This document shows, in pieces, positions 1 through 12,100 of a stretch of DNA of 64,000 nucleotides. The notes beneath the pieces were generated by a model. It did not search any database and was not told the origin of the DNA. It saw only the letters and a list, made by a program, of their open reading frames with translations. The stretch covers positions 12,834,001 through 12,898,000 of the forward strand of contig NC_083426.1 in assembly GCF_020745735.1 (NCBI RefSeq), in the 5' to 3' direction. This DNA comes from Hemiscyllium ocellatum. Taxonomy: Eukaryota. Each line of letters opens with the position of its first letter. Within the stretch, counting starts at the first letter, position 1. The translations under genes and the position numbers were made by a program.

Positions 1-1803
1 GTATAAGTCCTGCTAAGGTTTGCTTTCCCAAAATGTAGCACCTCACATTTATCTAACTGGAACTCCATCTGCCACTTATCAGCCATTGACACATCTGGTC
101 AAGATCCCATTGTAATCTGAAGTAAGCTTCTTCGCTGTCAACTCCACCTCCAATTTTGGTGTCATCTGAAAATTATGAACTATACCTCTTAGGCTCACAT
201 CCTAATCATTGAGATAAATGATGAAAAGTAGTGGACCCAGCACTGATCCTTGTGGCACTCCACTGGTCACAGACCTCCACTCTGAAAAATAACCCTCCCC
301 CACCACCTTCTGTCTTCTACCTTTGACCCAGTTCTGTATCCAAATAGCTTGTTCTCCCTGCGTTCAGTGAGATCTAACCTTTCTAAACAATCTTCCATGG
401 GGAACCTTGTCAATAGCCTTACTGAAGTCCATATAAATCACATTTATTGCTCTGCCCTCATCAATTTTCCTTGTTACTTCTTCCAAAAATTCAATCAAGT
501 TTGTGAGACATGATTTCCCACACACAAAGCCATGTTGACTTTCCCTTGTCAGTCCTTGCCTTTCAAAATACATGTACATCCTGTCCCTCAGGATTCCCTC
601 CACCAACTTGCCCAACACTGACGTCAGGCTCACTGGTCTATAGTTCCCTGACCTGTCCTTACTACCTTTCTTGAACAGTGGCACCATGTTAGGCAACCTC
701 CAGTCTTCTGGCACCTCACCTGTGAGTATCAATGACACAAATACTTCAGTAAGAGGCCCAGCTATCCTAGCTTCCCACAGAGTTCTAGGGTACAGCTAAT
801 CAGGTCCTGGGGATGTATCCACTTTTATGCATTTCAAGCCATCCAGCACTTCCTCCTCTGTAATATGGACATTTTTCAAGATGTCACCATCTGTTTCCCT
901 ACATTCTATAACTTACACGTCCTTTTCCACAGTAAATACAGATGCAAAATACCAATTAGTTTCTCCCCCATCTCCTGCACCTCCACACAAAGGCCGCCTT
1001 GCTGATCTTTGAGGGACCCTATTCTCTCCCTCTTTACCCTTTTGTCCTTACTGTATTTGTAAAAGCACTTAGGATTCTTCTTAACCCTATTTGCCAAAGC
1101 CATCTCATTTCCCCTTTTTTCCCTCATGATTTCTCTTTTAAGTATACTTCTACTGCCTTGATACTCTTCTCAGGATTCACTCGATCTATCCTGTCTATAC
1201 CTGACATGTGCTTCCTTCTTTTCTTTAATGAAATTCTCAATTTCTTTAGTTATCCAGCATTCCCATTCCTACCAGCCTTTCCTTTCACCCTGACAGGAAT
1301 ATACTTTCTCTGGACTCTCGTTATCTCATTTCTGAAGGCTTCCCATTTTCCATCCATCCTTTTACCTGCAACCATCTGCCCCCTATCAGCTTTTGAAAGT
1401 TTTTGCCTAACACAGTCAAAATTGGCCTTTCTCCAATTTAGAATGTCAAATTTGAGATGCACTTTGAATGCTGCCTGAACTGCTGTGCTCTTCCAGCACT
1501 ACTAATCCGAAATTTGAGATGTGGTCTATCCTTTTCCATCACTATTTTAAAACTAACAGAATTATGGTCACTGGCCCAAAGTGCCTCCCCACTGACACCT
1601 CAGTCACCTGCCCTGCACTGCCTTATTTCCTCAGAGTAGGTCAAGTTTTGCACATTCTCTAGTAGGTACATCCACATACTGAATCAGAAAATTGTCTTGT
1701 ACACACTTAAGAAATTCCTCTCCATCTAAATCTTGAACACAATGGCAGTGCCAGTCGATGTTTGGAAAGTTAAAATCCCCGACCATAACTACCCTATTAT
1801 TCT
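1..1803 (-). mobile_element. CR1 LINE fragment (ORF2 EN/RT region), decayed, cut by the window edge
   Basis: Minus-strand ORF fragments [33 protein letters not shown]. Confidence 0.9.
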
Positions 1804-1904
1804 CTCTCTCACTCTCTCTCCCTCACACACATGCACACATCTTCCCTCTGCCTCTCTCCCCCACCATGCCACCTCCCACCCCACTACACACAAACGCACA
1901 CGCA

Positions 1905-2445
1905 TACAGGTCTATGGGATGAATTGCATTTGCAAATTTGTATTTACAGATATTTTAGATTATGTTCAAAAAACACACAATCTATTGACAGTGAGTAAAT
2001 GTGATATTTTATAAATCCCTTCTTTCAAAATGAATCCTGTCTGACTCCATGCTGGAAACAGACTCGAACATCATTCCTGCAATGCATTGTCTGAGCTGAC
2101 GAGGCACTTTTTTATTTGTAGATAAAACTTGAAGATATATCGGGACGGTGACTTGACAGAAATTCTGGGATTTACCTATTAATCAATGGAAACCTGCAGC
2201 CTCATTCTAAGTGACTGAAGACTTAACAGCAATCTAGGTTACTCTAATACATTGTATCCATTGTGTGATACTTTGTTCTTTTATTTATAAATTCTGTGCC
2301 CGATGTATCCTGCCCCACTGACTCCCTGACAAAGGAGTAGTGCTCTGAAAGCTTATATTTTCAAATAAACCTGTTGGACTATAACCTGGTGTTGTGTGAC
2401 TTGCAGCTTTGTCCACCCCAGTCCAACAGCAGCCCCTCCACATCC
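1905..2445 (+). mobile_element. Penelope-like element 3' remnant (family 2), decayed hammerhead at about 2325-2357
   Basis: Terminal repeat AAATAAACCTGTTGGACTATAACCTGGTGTTGTG recurs many times in the window; paralogous copy at about 37940-38510. Confidence 0.55.
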
Positions 2446-3261
2446 TGAATCTTCTTACCAGTGGCTCATATCCAGCAGACAGTGAGTGCTGAGCCTGAGC
2501 CTGAATGACAGTTGTTCATCTCTCCAAGGAGACAGCTAGACGTACGGCTCGGGATTGAGAGTGATGGTTGGTGCCTCCATCCCCATTGATCCAGTTTAAG
2601 GGCTGTCTCTGACATACCGACCTGCTGTGATTGTGCTTGTCTCTGCATTTTCACAACTTCAATAAAATTACACCTGACAGTCCTGAATGTTGAAGCCATT
2701 GTCTCTATCACAGCACATTCACCTTTCCTTCACCGCTGACTCCATCCATCTCCCTGCTCAACAGAGCCCTCATCCATGATGTTATTAGTTTCACGTCCAA
2801 CCATTCCAACATCATTCAATCTGGCCTTGAATCTTCCAATTTACACTCTTCCATCTCTCTGCTCCAGCTTTGCATCTTTGAAGGTGCTATGTGAATGCAA
2901 CTTGCCATATTCGCAAACACAATGACAAGGCAAGGCTTTCAAATGAATGTGCTTCACAGCTCACTGTATTTAGAAAGCTGCAAATCCACCGATCATTCTG
3001 AAATAATGTGAAGTTTTATCCCAAACATTACAATCCAAGTTAAGTTCAATGGAATTGAATAATTTTAAAACTTTATGAAATTAAAATTTAAATCTGGTAA
3101 AATAGATTTCTTCCCAAAATTACTTTATTTTTAAATATGTTTCTATCTGCAGCATGCTGTGTGTGAATGGCTCATTGTAAATGATCACACATTCAGTTTG
3201 GGCCCATTCCATTAAACTCTCAAACAGGTTCATGGTCGATGAGGAATGTAACTGAGAATTA

Positions 3262-3554
3262 GCACTGTTGCCTCACAGCGCCTGAGACCCGGGTTCAATT
3301 CCCGACTCAGGCGACTGACTGTGTGGAGTTTGCACATTCTCCCCGTGTCTCCGTGGGTTTCCTTCGGGTGCTCCGGTTTCCTCCCACAGTCCAAAGATGT
3401 ATGGGTCAGGTGAATTGGCCATGCTAAATTGCCCGTAGTGTTAGGTAAGGGGTAAATGTAGGGGGATGGGTGGGTTGCGCTTCAGCGGGTCGGTGTGGAC
3501 TTGTTGGGCCGAAGGGCCTGTTTCCACACTGTAAGTAATCTAATCTAATCTAAT
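3262..3554 (+). mobile_element. HE1-like tRNA-derived SINE, 5'-truncated
   Basis: B box GGTTCAATTCC and (TAATC)n tail. Absent at paralogous sites about 6300 and 39330; AATTA occurs at both junctions. Confidence 0.85.
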
Positions 3555-3559
3555 TATAG

Positions 3560-3907
3560 AATCCCTACAGTGCAGAAAGAGGCCATTTGGCCCATCTGGT
3601 CTGTATCATCCATCCAAAGAACTTCCCACCAGACCCAGAACCCCACTCTTTCCTACAGCCACACATTTCCCACGGCTCACCCACTGAGACTATACCTCCC
3701 TGGACACTCTGGGCAATTCAGCATGACCATTCCACCTAATCTGCACATTGGTAGACAGTGGGAAAAAACTGTAGCACTTGGAGAAAACCCACACAGACTC
3801 AGGGAGAACATACAAACTGTACACAGACAGTCACCCAAGGTTTGAACTGAACACAGGTCACGGGGACTGTGAGGCAGCAGTGCTAACCACTGAGACACTG
3901 TGCTGTC
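3560..3907 (-). mobile_element. Older HE1-related SINE
   Basis: Reverse-complement head ...GCAGCAGTGCTAACCAC; paralog at about 39335-39790. Confidence 0.65.
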
Positions 3908-6900
3908 CATTTTTGAGAAGTTGAGATGTAAAACGCAAGTTTCCACATTTGTTGCATGTTTTGATGTTCATTGTGTTTTCACACTATCAGAAAAAAGTGT
4001 GAATAATATCAAGGGAGATGTGTGATAGATAGCCATGGATGTACAATGACAGTAAGTGTTAGTTACTTTGGTCTGAAATTGGAGAGAGAGCTGCCCTGGT
4101 ACAGCACTTGCTGGAGGCTAATGTTGTAGGGCCTGGTCCATTTGAAGGACATTGTTGGATGTGGATGGAACAAACAGTGGACAGATGTATCGCGGTTCGA
4201 CCTGAGTGAGATGTAGGTTATGAATCACAAAGAGGACAGCTGAAAGGGGAGAGAAGCTTTATCGATTAATCCACAGGGGAGATTCCAAAGGATCAGAAGA
4301 AACATGATCAATTAAACTGTGCTGTAAACTGTTCCTAAAGTTCCTTCAGCACTGAGCATTTTATATTGTCCAGGAACTGTGTGACAAATAGCTCAGGAGT
4401 TCAGGAATATGTCACTAACTGCTACAGCAGGGACATTACACAACTCTTCTAAAGGCTTTCAAAAAGCTGAGTAGACACTTGGGATTGGCCTCCTCAGTCA
4501 CTGGTAAAAGCCCAGAGCCTGTGGGAAAGCCCATTGTGAATCCACAACCCATACCTGCAGGCACTGTAACACCCTCCTGGCACCCATTGTCTACAGCTCA
4601 ATAAAGAGGGAGAACTGTGTCACCTGGAGCAATATGTCTACAGCCACGTTTGTACAGCCACTGACAGAAATGTTCAGTGGAGAGGCTTTCTGGAAAGGCA
4701 GGGTGGGGACAGTTTTCTTAGAGTCCAGATCAGTGTTAATCAACAGGATATTGTGGGTGGCACACTCTGGGTCATTCAAGGCTGTACTGAGAGTTTTCAG
4801 ATCCAGCCCTTTGATCACAATCTCTGAGAAGGAAACCTCCTGGGACAGGCTCATGTCCATGTTGTGGGTGGATCACTGCACCATTCCAGAGCAAATGGGA
4901 CATCCATCCGAATGGGGGAGGGGCTTTGTGGCAGCTCCAGGTCCTGCAATTGTTTGTCTCAGAAGAACGGTCTTTTAAAAACTGCTGAGTGACCGTCTAC
5001 CAGGATATGGCTTTGACACTGAGCAAGTCACTTTACAGGATCCCTGACAATTAGATCAGATATTCTTCACTTTGTTAATAACTGCTGCCATCACTGTTTC
5101 ATCACAGAATCTGATGTTTCAATCTGGTCTATTTTTCCAACTGATTCTACAGTGTCCATGTCATTTTGGGACTGGGGGATCTCTGCTCTCTGTTTCTGAC
5201 ACTCAGACACTGGTGACCTAACAGCAGAGGGGTTTCATCCCCATTGGGGTATTAACCCACAAATGTTTCCAAGTATTCTCCAGGGATTTACCCAACGTAT
5301 TGTTTCTGTTTCCCAGACAGAGCATTGCGATGGTCCCCGTTGGTTCAGTCTCTGGGGAATGACTCCAGTGACTCTCCTTCCATATTAAGGATTAAGGTGG
5401 GGGCACTGCCTTCAGCATTGTGGCTGGGGATGAGCACGGTTGATGAAGGGTGTCAGTCCCTTTGATCCTCTCAAAGGTGAAACCCAGCATGGTTCACCAG
5501 ACTCACTCATCATCAACCACGTCCTGGTGAATACAAAGCCCCATGTCCATCAGTTCACCACAGGTCCAACCATTTACAAACTGTGAAAGACTGTTTGAAC
5601 TGTCATGTCTGTTCCATTTTAGGAACCACAGCATTAATTTGTGACAGCAAGCTTCTGCAAGGAACAATCTGATAATGACCAGATCGTGACTTTAGTTGGT
5701 GAGAATTATGGACCAGGAGATGAGGCAACTCCACAGCTGTCCTTTGAAATAATGCAGTGTAGTTAGTTTCCAGGAAATGAAGGTTTATAAATAAAAATAG
5801 ACTGCAAAGACTGGGGCCTTTTTCACTGGAGTGGAGGAGGCTGGGTGGTGTCCTTTTTGAGGTTTATAAGATCATTCGTGGCACGGAAAAGATCTTATTT
5901 CTCGGGTGGGCTGTTCAAAACCTGGGAGCATGTCTTTAAGGTGAGAAGAGAGGCAATTACTTTATGAGAAAGTGAGGCAAATGTTTTACACAGACAGTGG
6001 TCCGTGTGTGGAATAAATCATTATAACTTTTCCAATGTCTTTAATGTTGAACACAGACTGAAAACTGGAGTGGTCATAAGCCCTCAAACAAAACATCTTG
6101 AGTTTGCTTTTATGGCTTTTATTTTTGAAGTGCAGTTCCTTAAATATTTTTTGTGAGGAACTAGAGCTTTCTTAAAATGTTTCTGTCCGCAGCATGCTGT
6201 GTGTGAATGGTTCATTGTAAATGATCACACATTCAGTTTGGGCCCATTCCGTTAAAACCTCAAACAGGTTCCTGGTCATTGAGGAATGGAACTGAGAATT
6301 ATAGCATCCTGACAGTGCAGAAAGAGGCCATTTGGCCCATCTGGAGGCTAATGTTGTGGGTCCTGGTCCATTTGAAGGACATTGTTGGAGGTGGATGGAA
6401 CAAACAGTGGACAGATGTATCGGGGTCCAGCCTGAGTGGGATGTAGGTTATGAATCACAAAGAGGACAGCTGAAAGGGGAGAGAAGCTTTATCGATTAAT
6501 CTACAGGGGAGATTCCAAAGGACCAGAAGAAACGTTATTAATTAAACTGTGCTGTAAACTGTTCCTAAAGTTCCTTCAGCACTGAGCATTTTACTTTGTA
6601 TAGGAACTATGTGACAAGTAGCTCAGGAGTTCAGGAATATGTCACTAACTGCTACAGCAGGGACATTACACAACTCTTCTAAAGGCTTTCAAAAAGCTGA
6701 GTAGACACTTGGGATTGGCCTCCTCAGTCACTGGTAAAAGCCCAGAGCCTGTGGGAAAGCCCATTGTGAATCCACAACCCATACCTGCAGGCACTGTAAC
6801 ACCCTCCTGGCACCCATTGTCTACAGCTCAGTAAAGAGGGAGAACTGTGTCACCTGGAGCAATATGTCTGCAGCCATGTTTGCACAGCCACTGTCAGAAA

Positions 6901-8039
6901 TGTGCAGTGGAGAGGCTTTCTGGAAAGGCAGGGTGGGGACAGTTTTCTTAGAGCCCAGATCAGTGTTAATCAACAGGATATTGTGGTAGGCACACTCTGG
7001 GTCATTCAAGGCTGAACTGAGAGTTTTCAGACCCAGCCCTTTGATCACAATCTCTGGGAAGGAAACCTCCTGGGACAGGCTCATGTCCATGTTGTGGGTG
7101 GATCACTGCACCATCCCAGAGCAAATGGGACATCCATCCGAATGAGGGAGGGGCTTTGTGGCAGCTCCAAGTCCTGCAATTATTTGTCTCAGAAGAACAG
7201 TCTTTTAAAAACTGCTGAGTGACCGTCTACCAGGATATGGCTTTGACACTGAGCAAGTCACTTTACAGGATCCCTGACAATTTGATCAGATATTCTTCAC
7301 TTTGTTAATAACTGCTGCTATCACTGCTTCATCACAGAATCTAATGTTTCAATCTGGTCTATTTTTCCAATTGATTCTACAGTGTCCATGTCATTCAGGG
7401 GCTGGGGGATCTCTGCTCTCTGTTTCTGACACTCAGACACTGGTAACCTGACAGCAGAGGGGTTTCATCCCCATTGGGGTATTAACACCCAAATGTTTCC
7501 AAGTGTTCTCCAGGAATTTACCCAACGTATTGTTTCTGTTTCCCAGACAGAGCATTGCGATGGTCCTCGTTGGTTCAGTCTCTGGGTAATGACTCCAGTG
7601 ACTCTCCTTCCATATTAAGGGTTAAGGTGGGGGCACTGCCTTCAGCATTGTGGCTGGGGATGAGCACGGTTGATGAAGGGTGTCAGTCCCTTTGATCTTC
7701 TCAAAGATGAAACCCAGCATGGTTCACCAGACTCACTCATCATCAACCATGTCCTGGTGAATACAAAGCCCCATGTCAGTCGGTACACCAGAGGGACCCT
7801 CACCTTGGAGCAGGTCCAACCATTTACAGTCTGTGAAAGACTGTTTGAACTGTCATGTCTGTTCCATTTTAGGAACCACAGCAGTTAATTTGTGACAGCA
7901 AGCTTCTGCAAGGAACAATCTGATAATGATCAAATTTTCTTTATTTGTGACCTTAGTTGGTGAGAATTATGGATGAGGAGATGAGGCAACTCCACGACTG
8001 TCCTTTGAAATAATGCAATGTAGTTAGTTGCTGCGAAAT

Positions 8040-8295
8040 GAGAGTTTTATAAACAAAAATGGACTGAAAAGACTGGGGCCTTTTTCACTGGAGTGGAGGA
8101 GGCTGAGAGGTGACCTTTTTGAGGTTTACAAGATCTTGAACGGCACGGATGAGGTCTTTTCTCTCGGGTGTCTGTTCAAAACCTGGGTGCATGTTTTTAA
8201 GGTGAGAGGAGAAATATTTAAAAAGAACATGAGGGGAAATTTTTTCGGAGAAATGAGGCAAATATTTTACACAGAGAGAAGTTCGTGTGTGGAAT
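8040..8295 (+). mobile_element. Decayed CR1 3' fragment (duplicate at about 5785-6010)
   Basis: LKRLGPFSLEWRRLRGDLFEVYKI, the CR1 ORF2 C-terminus. Confidence 0.7.
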
Positions 8296-8974
8296 AAATT
8301 ATTGTAATTTTTCCAATGTCTTTAATGTTGAATACAGACTGAAAACTGGAGTGGTCATAAGCCCTCAAACAAAACATCTTGAGTTTTTATTTCTTTTATT
8401 TTTGAAGTGCAGTTCATTAAATATTGTTTTGTGAGGAACTGGAGCACACTCCCAGTTACTCAATCACAATTCACTTCTCCCTGAATTTTCTCTCCGTTGT
8501 TGAGTTTCTGTTTCTGCTTGAAATCGGCCCCAGGGCTTGTTTACTTGGATCTTGTGGAAATGGAACAGAGGGTGTCCTTCTCCTGTACATCTGGGAGTTC
8601 AGATCCTGACACAATAATTATTCAGCACTAATGATAGGAGGAATATTCTGCCAGCAGACAAAATATTCAAAACAATTCTACTCTTAGCTGCAAGATTTTT
8701 TTTGCAAAAAAAATTTATTTGCAAAAAAGTGTTTGTTGAAATTTTATAACATGGGAGAATATGTCAGTTGTCATTCAACTGAGATTTCAGTATAAATACT
8801 GAGTTTGGATCAACATTATCCTCAACACTTGATTTTTTAACTTTCTTGATTTCAGAACATTCTATTCTTTCATTGGAAATTAAATCAGTTTTTCTGTTAA
8901 ACACGACTAATCAAAATAAATGTCTTCACAGTGAACTTTCCCCATCTGGCCTACTGTAGTTTCACAAACTGGCT

Positions 8975-9095
8975 TCGTATATCCTGTTCCTCATTTAGCT
9001 TCTTGCAGACATTGCATCACACACTTATTTCAATGTGAGAAACAAGAGCTGTGGGACTGACATCAAGAACTGAACTGACCTTTGAGAATAAAACG
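8975..9095 (+). promoter_or_regulatory. Putative proximal promoter/5'UTR of gene A
   Basis: Conserved with 44140-44261 upstream of gene B. ETS/PU.1-like TTCCTC box near 8985 and a C/EBP-ATF composite ATTGCATCA at 9011-9019. Motif reading only; TSS unknown. Confidence 0.35.
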
Positions 9096-9132
9096 ATGTG
9101 GATATTGATTCTCCTCATGTGTTCCATTCCCG
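9096..9132 (+). CDS. Gene A exon 1, signal peptide [12 protein letters not shown](G)
   Basis: ATG at 9096, hydrophobic stretch, donor CCG|gtgagt at 9133; paralog at 44262. Confidence 0.85.
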
Positions 9133-12100
9133 GTGAGTGACCATCTGAGTTGTATATTCAGATAATCAATGTTTGTTGAAGTCCACTGTGTGGTTTATAC
9201 AGAAGAAATGTTTAAATATTTGAAGGTACATATTCAGATAAAGTGAGAGCTTGTGACACAATGGTTACATTGTTCTTGCTGTGATAAATGCTGAGAGTTT
9301 GATTCTCACTCCAGCACATTTCACAAAAGCATGTGTGTTCTCACAAAGTCGAACAGGTTCATTACCAACCTGTAAATCCATCGAACATGCCCAGTCCAGG
9401 GAGCAGGACTGGGTGAGGTTCCAGGTCAGCCTTACACAATGCAGAGTGACACCCCTCACATTACAGCGACTGGCTTCAGGCAAGTGACAAGCTGTAGAAA
9501 ACAGACACAGCATGGACTTTTTCTACCCCATGTATCTCTAAATATGGAAGTCTTGGATGTTGAAAGGAACAAATATAAAAATACCTGAACAACATCACAA
9601 ACATATCTTCTACTGAACATATTGCAATCCCATGTGACACAGTTCCCAAATACTTGAGAGCAGCTTTATTAATTCTGAATTAAATAAAAATGGACCAAAT
9701 AATGTTTCATTTGAGTGAAAAAAGCAGCATAATTACTTTAATTTTTCTAATGTTTTTAATGTTGAAGATACACTGAAATCTGGAGTTGTAATCAGCCCTC
9801 AAGGGAAACATTTTGAGTTGATTAAATATTGTTTTGTGCGGCTCAGTTGCAAAAGTAGATGATTAGTTTAATTTCTCTTCACAGAAAAAGCCTTTTATCT
9901 TTCAGTCATTAACGTGAATCAAGTCGCTGACTCTCTTTAAATCCCACTGTTTTACACATTACAATGTAACACTAAAACTATTGCTCATCATTGCAACCTT
10001 CGAGTAAAAAATGAGGTCTGCAGATGCTGGAGTCTATCTCTCACTGCACCCCCCAGGTCATCTCCTCTGCACAGAACGCCCCTCCCCCAAGTCCCTCCTC
10101 CTTACCTTTTATCTTAGCCTGCTTAGCAAACTCTCTCTCATTCCTGATGAAGGGCTTATGCTCGAAACGTCGAATTTCCTATTCCTGAGATGCTGCCTAA
10201 CCTGCTGTGCTTTAACCAGCAACACATTTTCAGCTCTCATCATTGCAAACTCTCCATTTATGAGCAAGGAATTATCAAACACTCAAGATTAAAATTCCCA
10301 GTGTGGCATTACTCTAAACTGGAACTCCGTGAATTCTGTTCCATGAAAACTTCCTGAAATATTTTGTGGCTCTCGCCCACCAAATTCATGTAGAATACTT
10401 CACGGGCAGAAACCTGAAGCATGAATCTCTCTGTTTTCACAACTCTCTTTCATTCAAGGCTTTCCTTTTTCCAATGAGGTCTCTTTCTCCTGACTTGCAT
10501 CAGCTTTACATATTCATGAACTGAATGCCTTTCTCTTCTCCTCTCCACCTTAGATTTCAATTCCATTCTGTCATTTTACTCAAGAATTGTTCTCCACAAA
10601 AAGGGTGGTTCTCCCAACAAGATTGTTGGTCTGGTATTTATTGAAGTAAAGTCTCCCCAGTCATCAATAGGCTGTTCCTCTCCCACACCAGGAAACAACA
10701 TTGCAGCAATTTAAGAACTGTCTCATGAAACATCTCTCTGGTACAGTCAGTAAATTATTTATGTTATTTTACACTCCTTACACAGACAACAATGTGTGAT
10801 TACAAACCATCCTGCCCTCAAGGTCCTACACATTGATCTCTCTCTCCCGTTGTGAACCATCCCTTGCTGAACTCCAATTCTCTTCCTCTCCCACTTGAGG
10901 ACTGTCATCATCTTGCCTGAGTCACCTATTGTATCTACACGTTGAGCCCTGAAAATGCAGGCCCAGAGCCCACCATGACTTTACACACACCCCTCTCCTC
11001 CCTGGATTAAACCCTCGTTCTCTAGTCAGAGTAAGGGTCCTTCAGCACCTGTGCCCAGCCAACTCCAATCCAAGCCTGTCTCTTGGGCTGCCCTCGCGGT
11101 GGGAGGATGGGGGTTGGGGTGTGCGGGTGTGGTCAACACTGCGATGATGTCACACACAGTGGAGTTAGAGCCCACAGCGGACAGCACAAACCCAATTTCC
11201 AAGATTGTCGCAAAGCTCGGCCGGTGGTGTATGAAAATATCCCGACTACTTCAATCATTCATAGAGTCATAGAGATGTACAGCATGGAAACAGACCCTTC
11301 GGTCCAACTCCTCCTTGCTGACCGGATATTCCAACCCAATCTCGTCCCACCTGCCAGCGCCCAGCCCATATCCATCCAAACCCTTCCTATTCATATACCC
11401 ATCCAAATGCCTCTTAAATGTTCAACTGTACCAGCCTCCACCGCATCCTCTGGTAACTCATTCCATACAGGTCCACCCTCTGCATGAAAAACTTGCCCCT
11501 TAGGTCCCTTTTATATCTTTCCCCTCTCACCCTAAAACTATGCCCTCTAGTTCTGGACTCCCCGACCCCAGGGAAAAGACTTTGTCTATTTATCCTATCC
11601 ATGCTCCTCAAAAATTTCTAAACCTCTATAAGGTCACCCCTCAGTCTCCGACGCTCCAGGGAAAACAGCCCCAGTCTTTTCAGCCTCTCCCTGTAGCTCA
11701 GATCTTCCAACCCTGGCAACATCCGTGTAAATCTTTTCTGAACCCTTTCAAGTTTCACAACATCTTTCCGATAGGAAGCAGACCAGAGCTGCATGCAATA
11801 TTCCAACAGTAGCCTAACCAATGTCCTGTACAGCCGCAACATGACCTCCCAACTCCTATACTCAATACTCTGACCAATGAAGGAAAGCATACCAAACGCC
11901 TTCTTCACTATCCTATCTACCTGCGACTCCACTTTCAAGGAGCTATGAACCTGCACTCCAAGATCTCTTTGTTCAGCAACACTCCCTAGGACATTATCAT
12001 TAAGTGTATAAGTCCTGCTTAGATTTGCTTTCCCAAAATGCAGCACCTCGCATCTATCTGAATTAAACTCCTGCCACTTCTCAGCTCATTGGCCCATCTG

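Larger units (their letters stand above)
3127..8440. repeat. Direct tandem duplication upstream of gene A (about 3127-6167 and 6168-8440)
   Basis: Colinear long matches, e.g. 4340-5560 vs 6570-7790. There is a single counterpart upstream of gene B. Confidence 0.9.

Noticed and set aside
3262-3554. tRNA-like A/B boxes
   Set aside because: Heads of SINEs; no full cloverleaf and they continue into a SINE body and tail.
9184-9190. CACTGTG as a partner RSS
   Set aside because: No nonamer at 12 or 22-23 bp.
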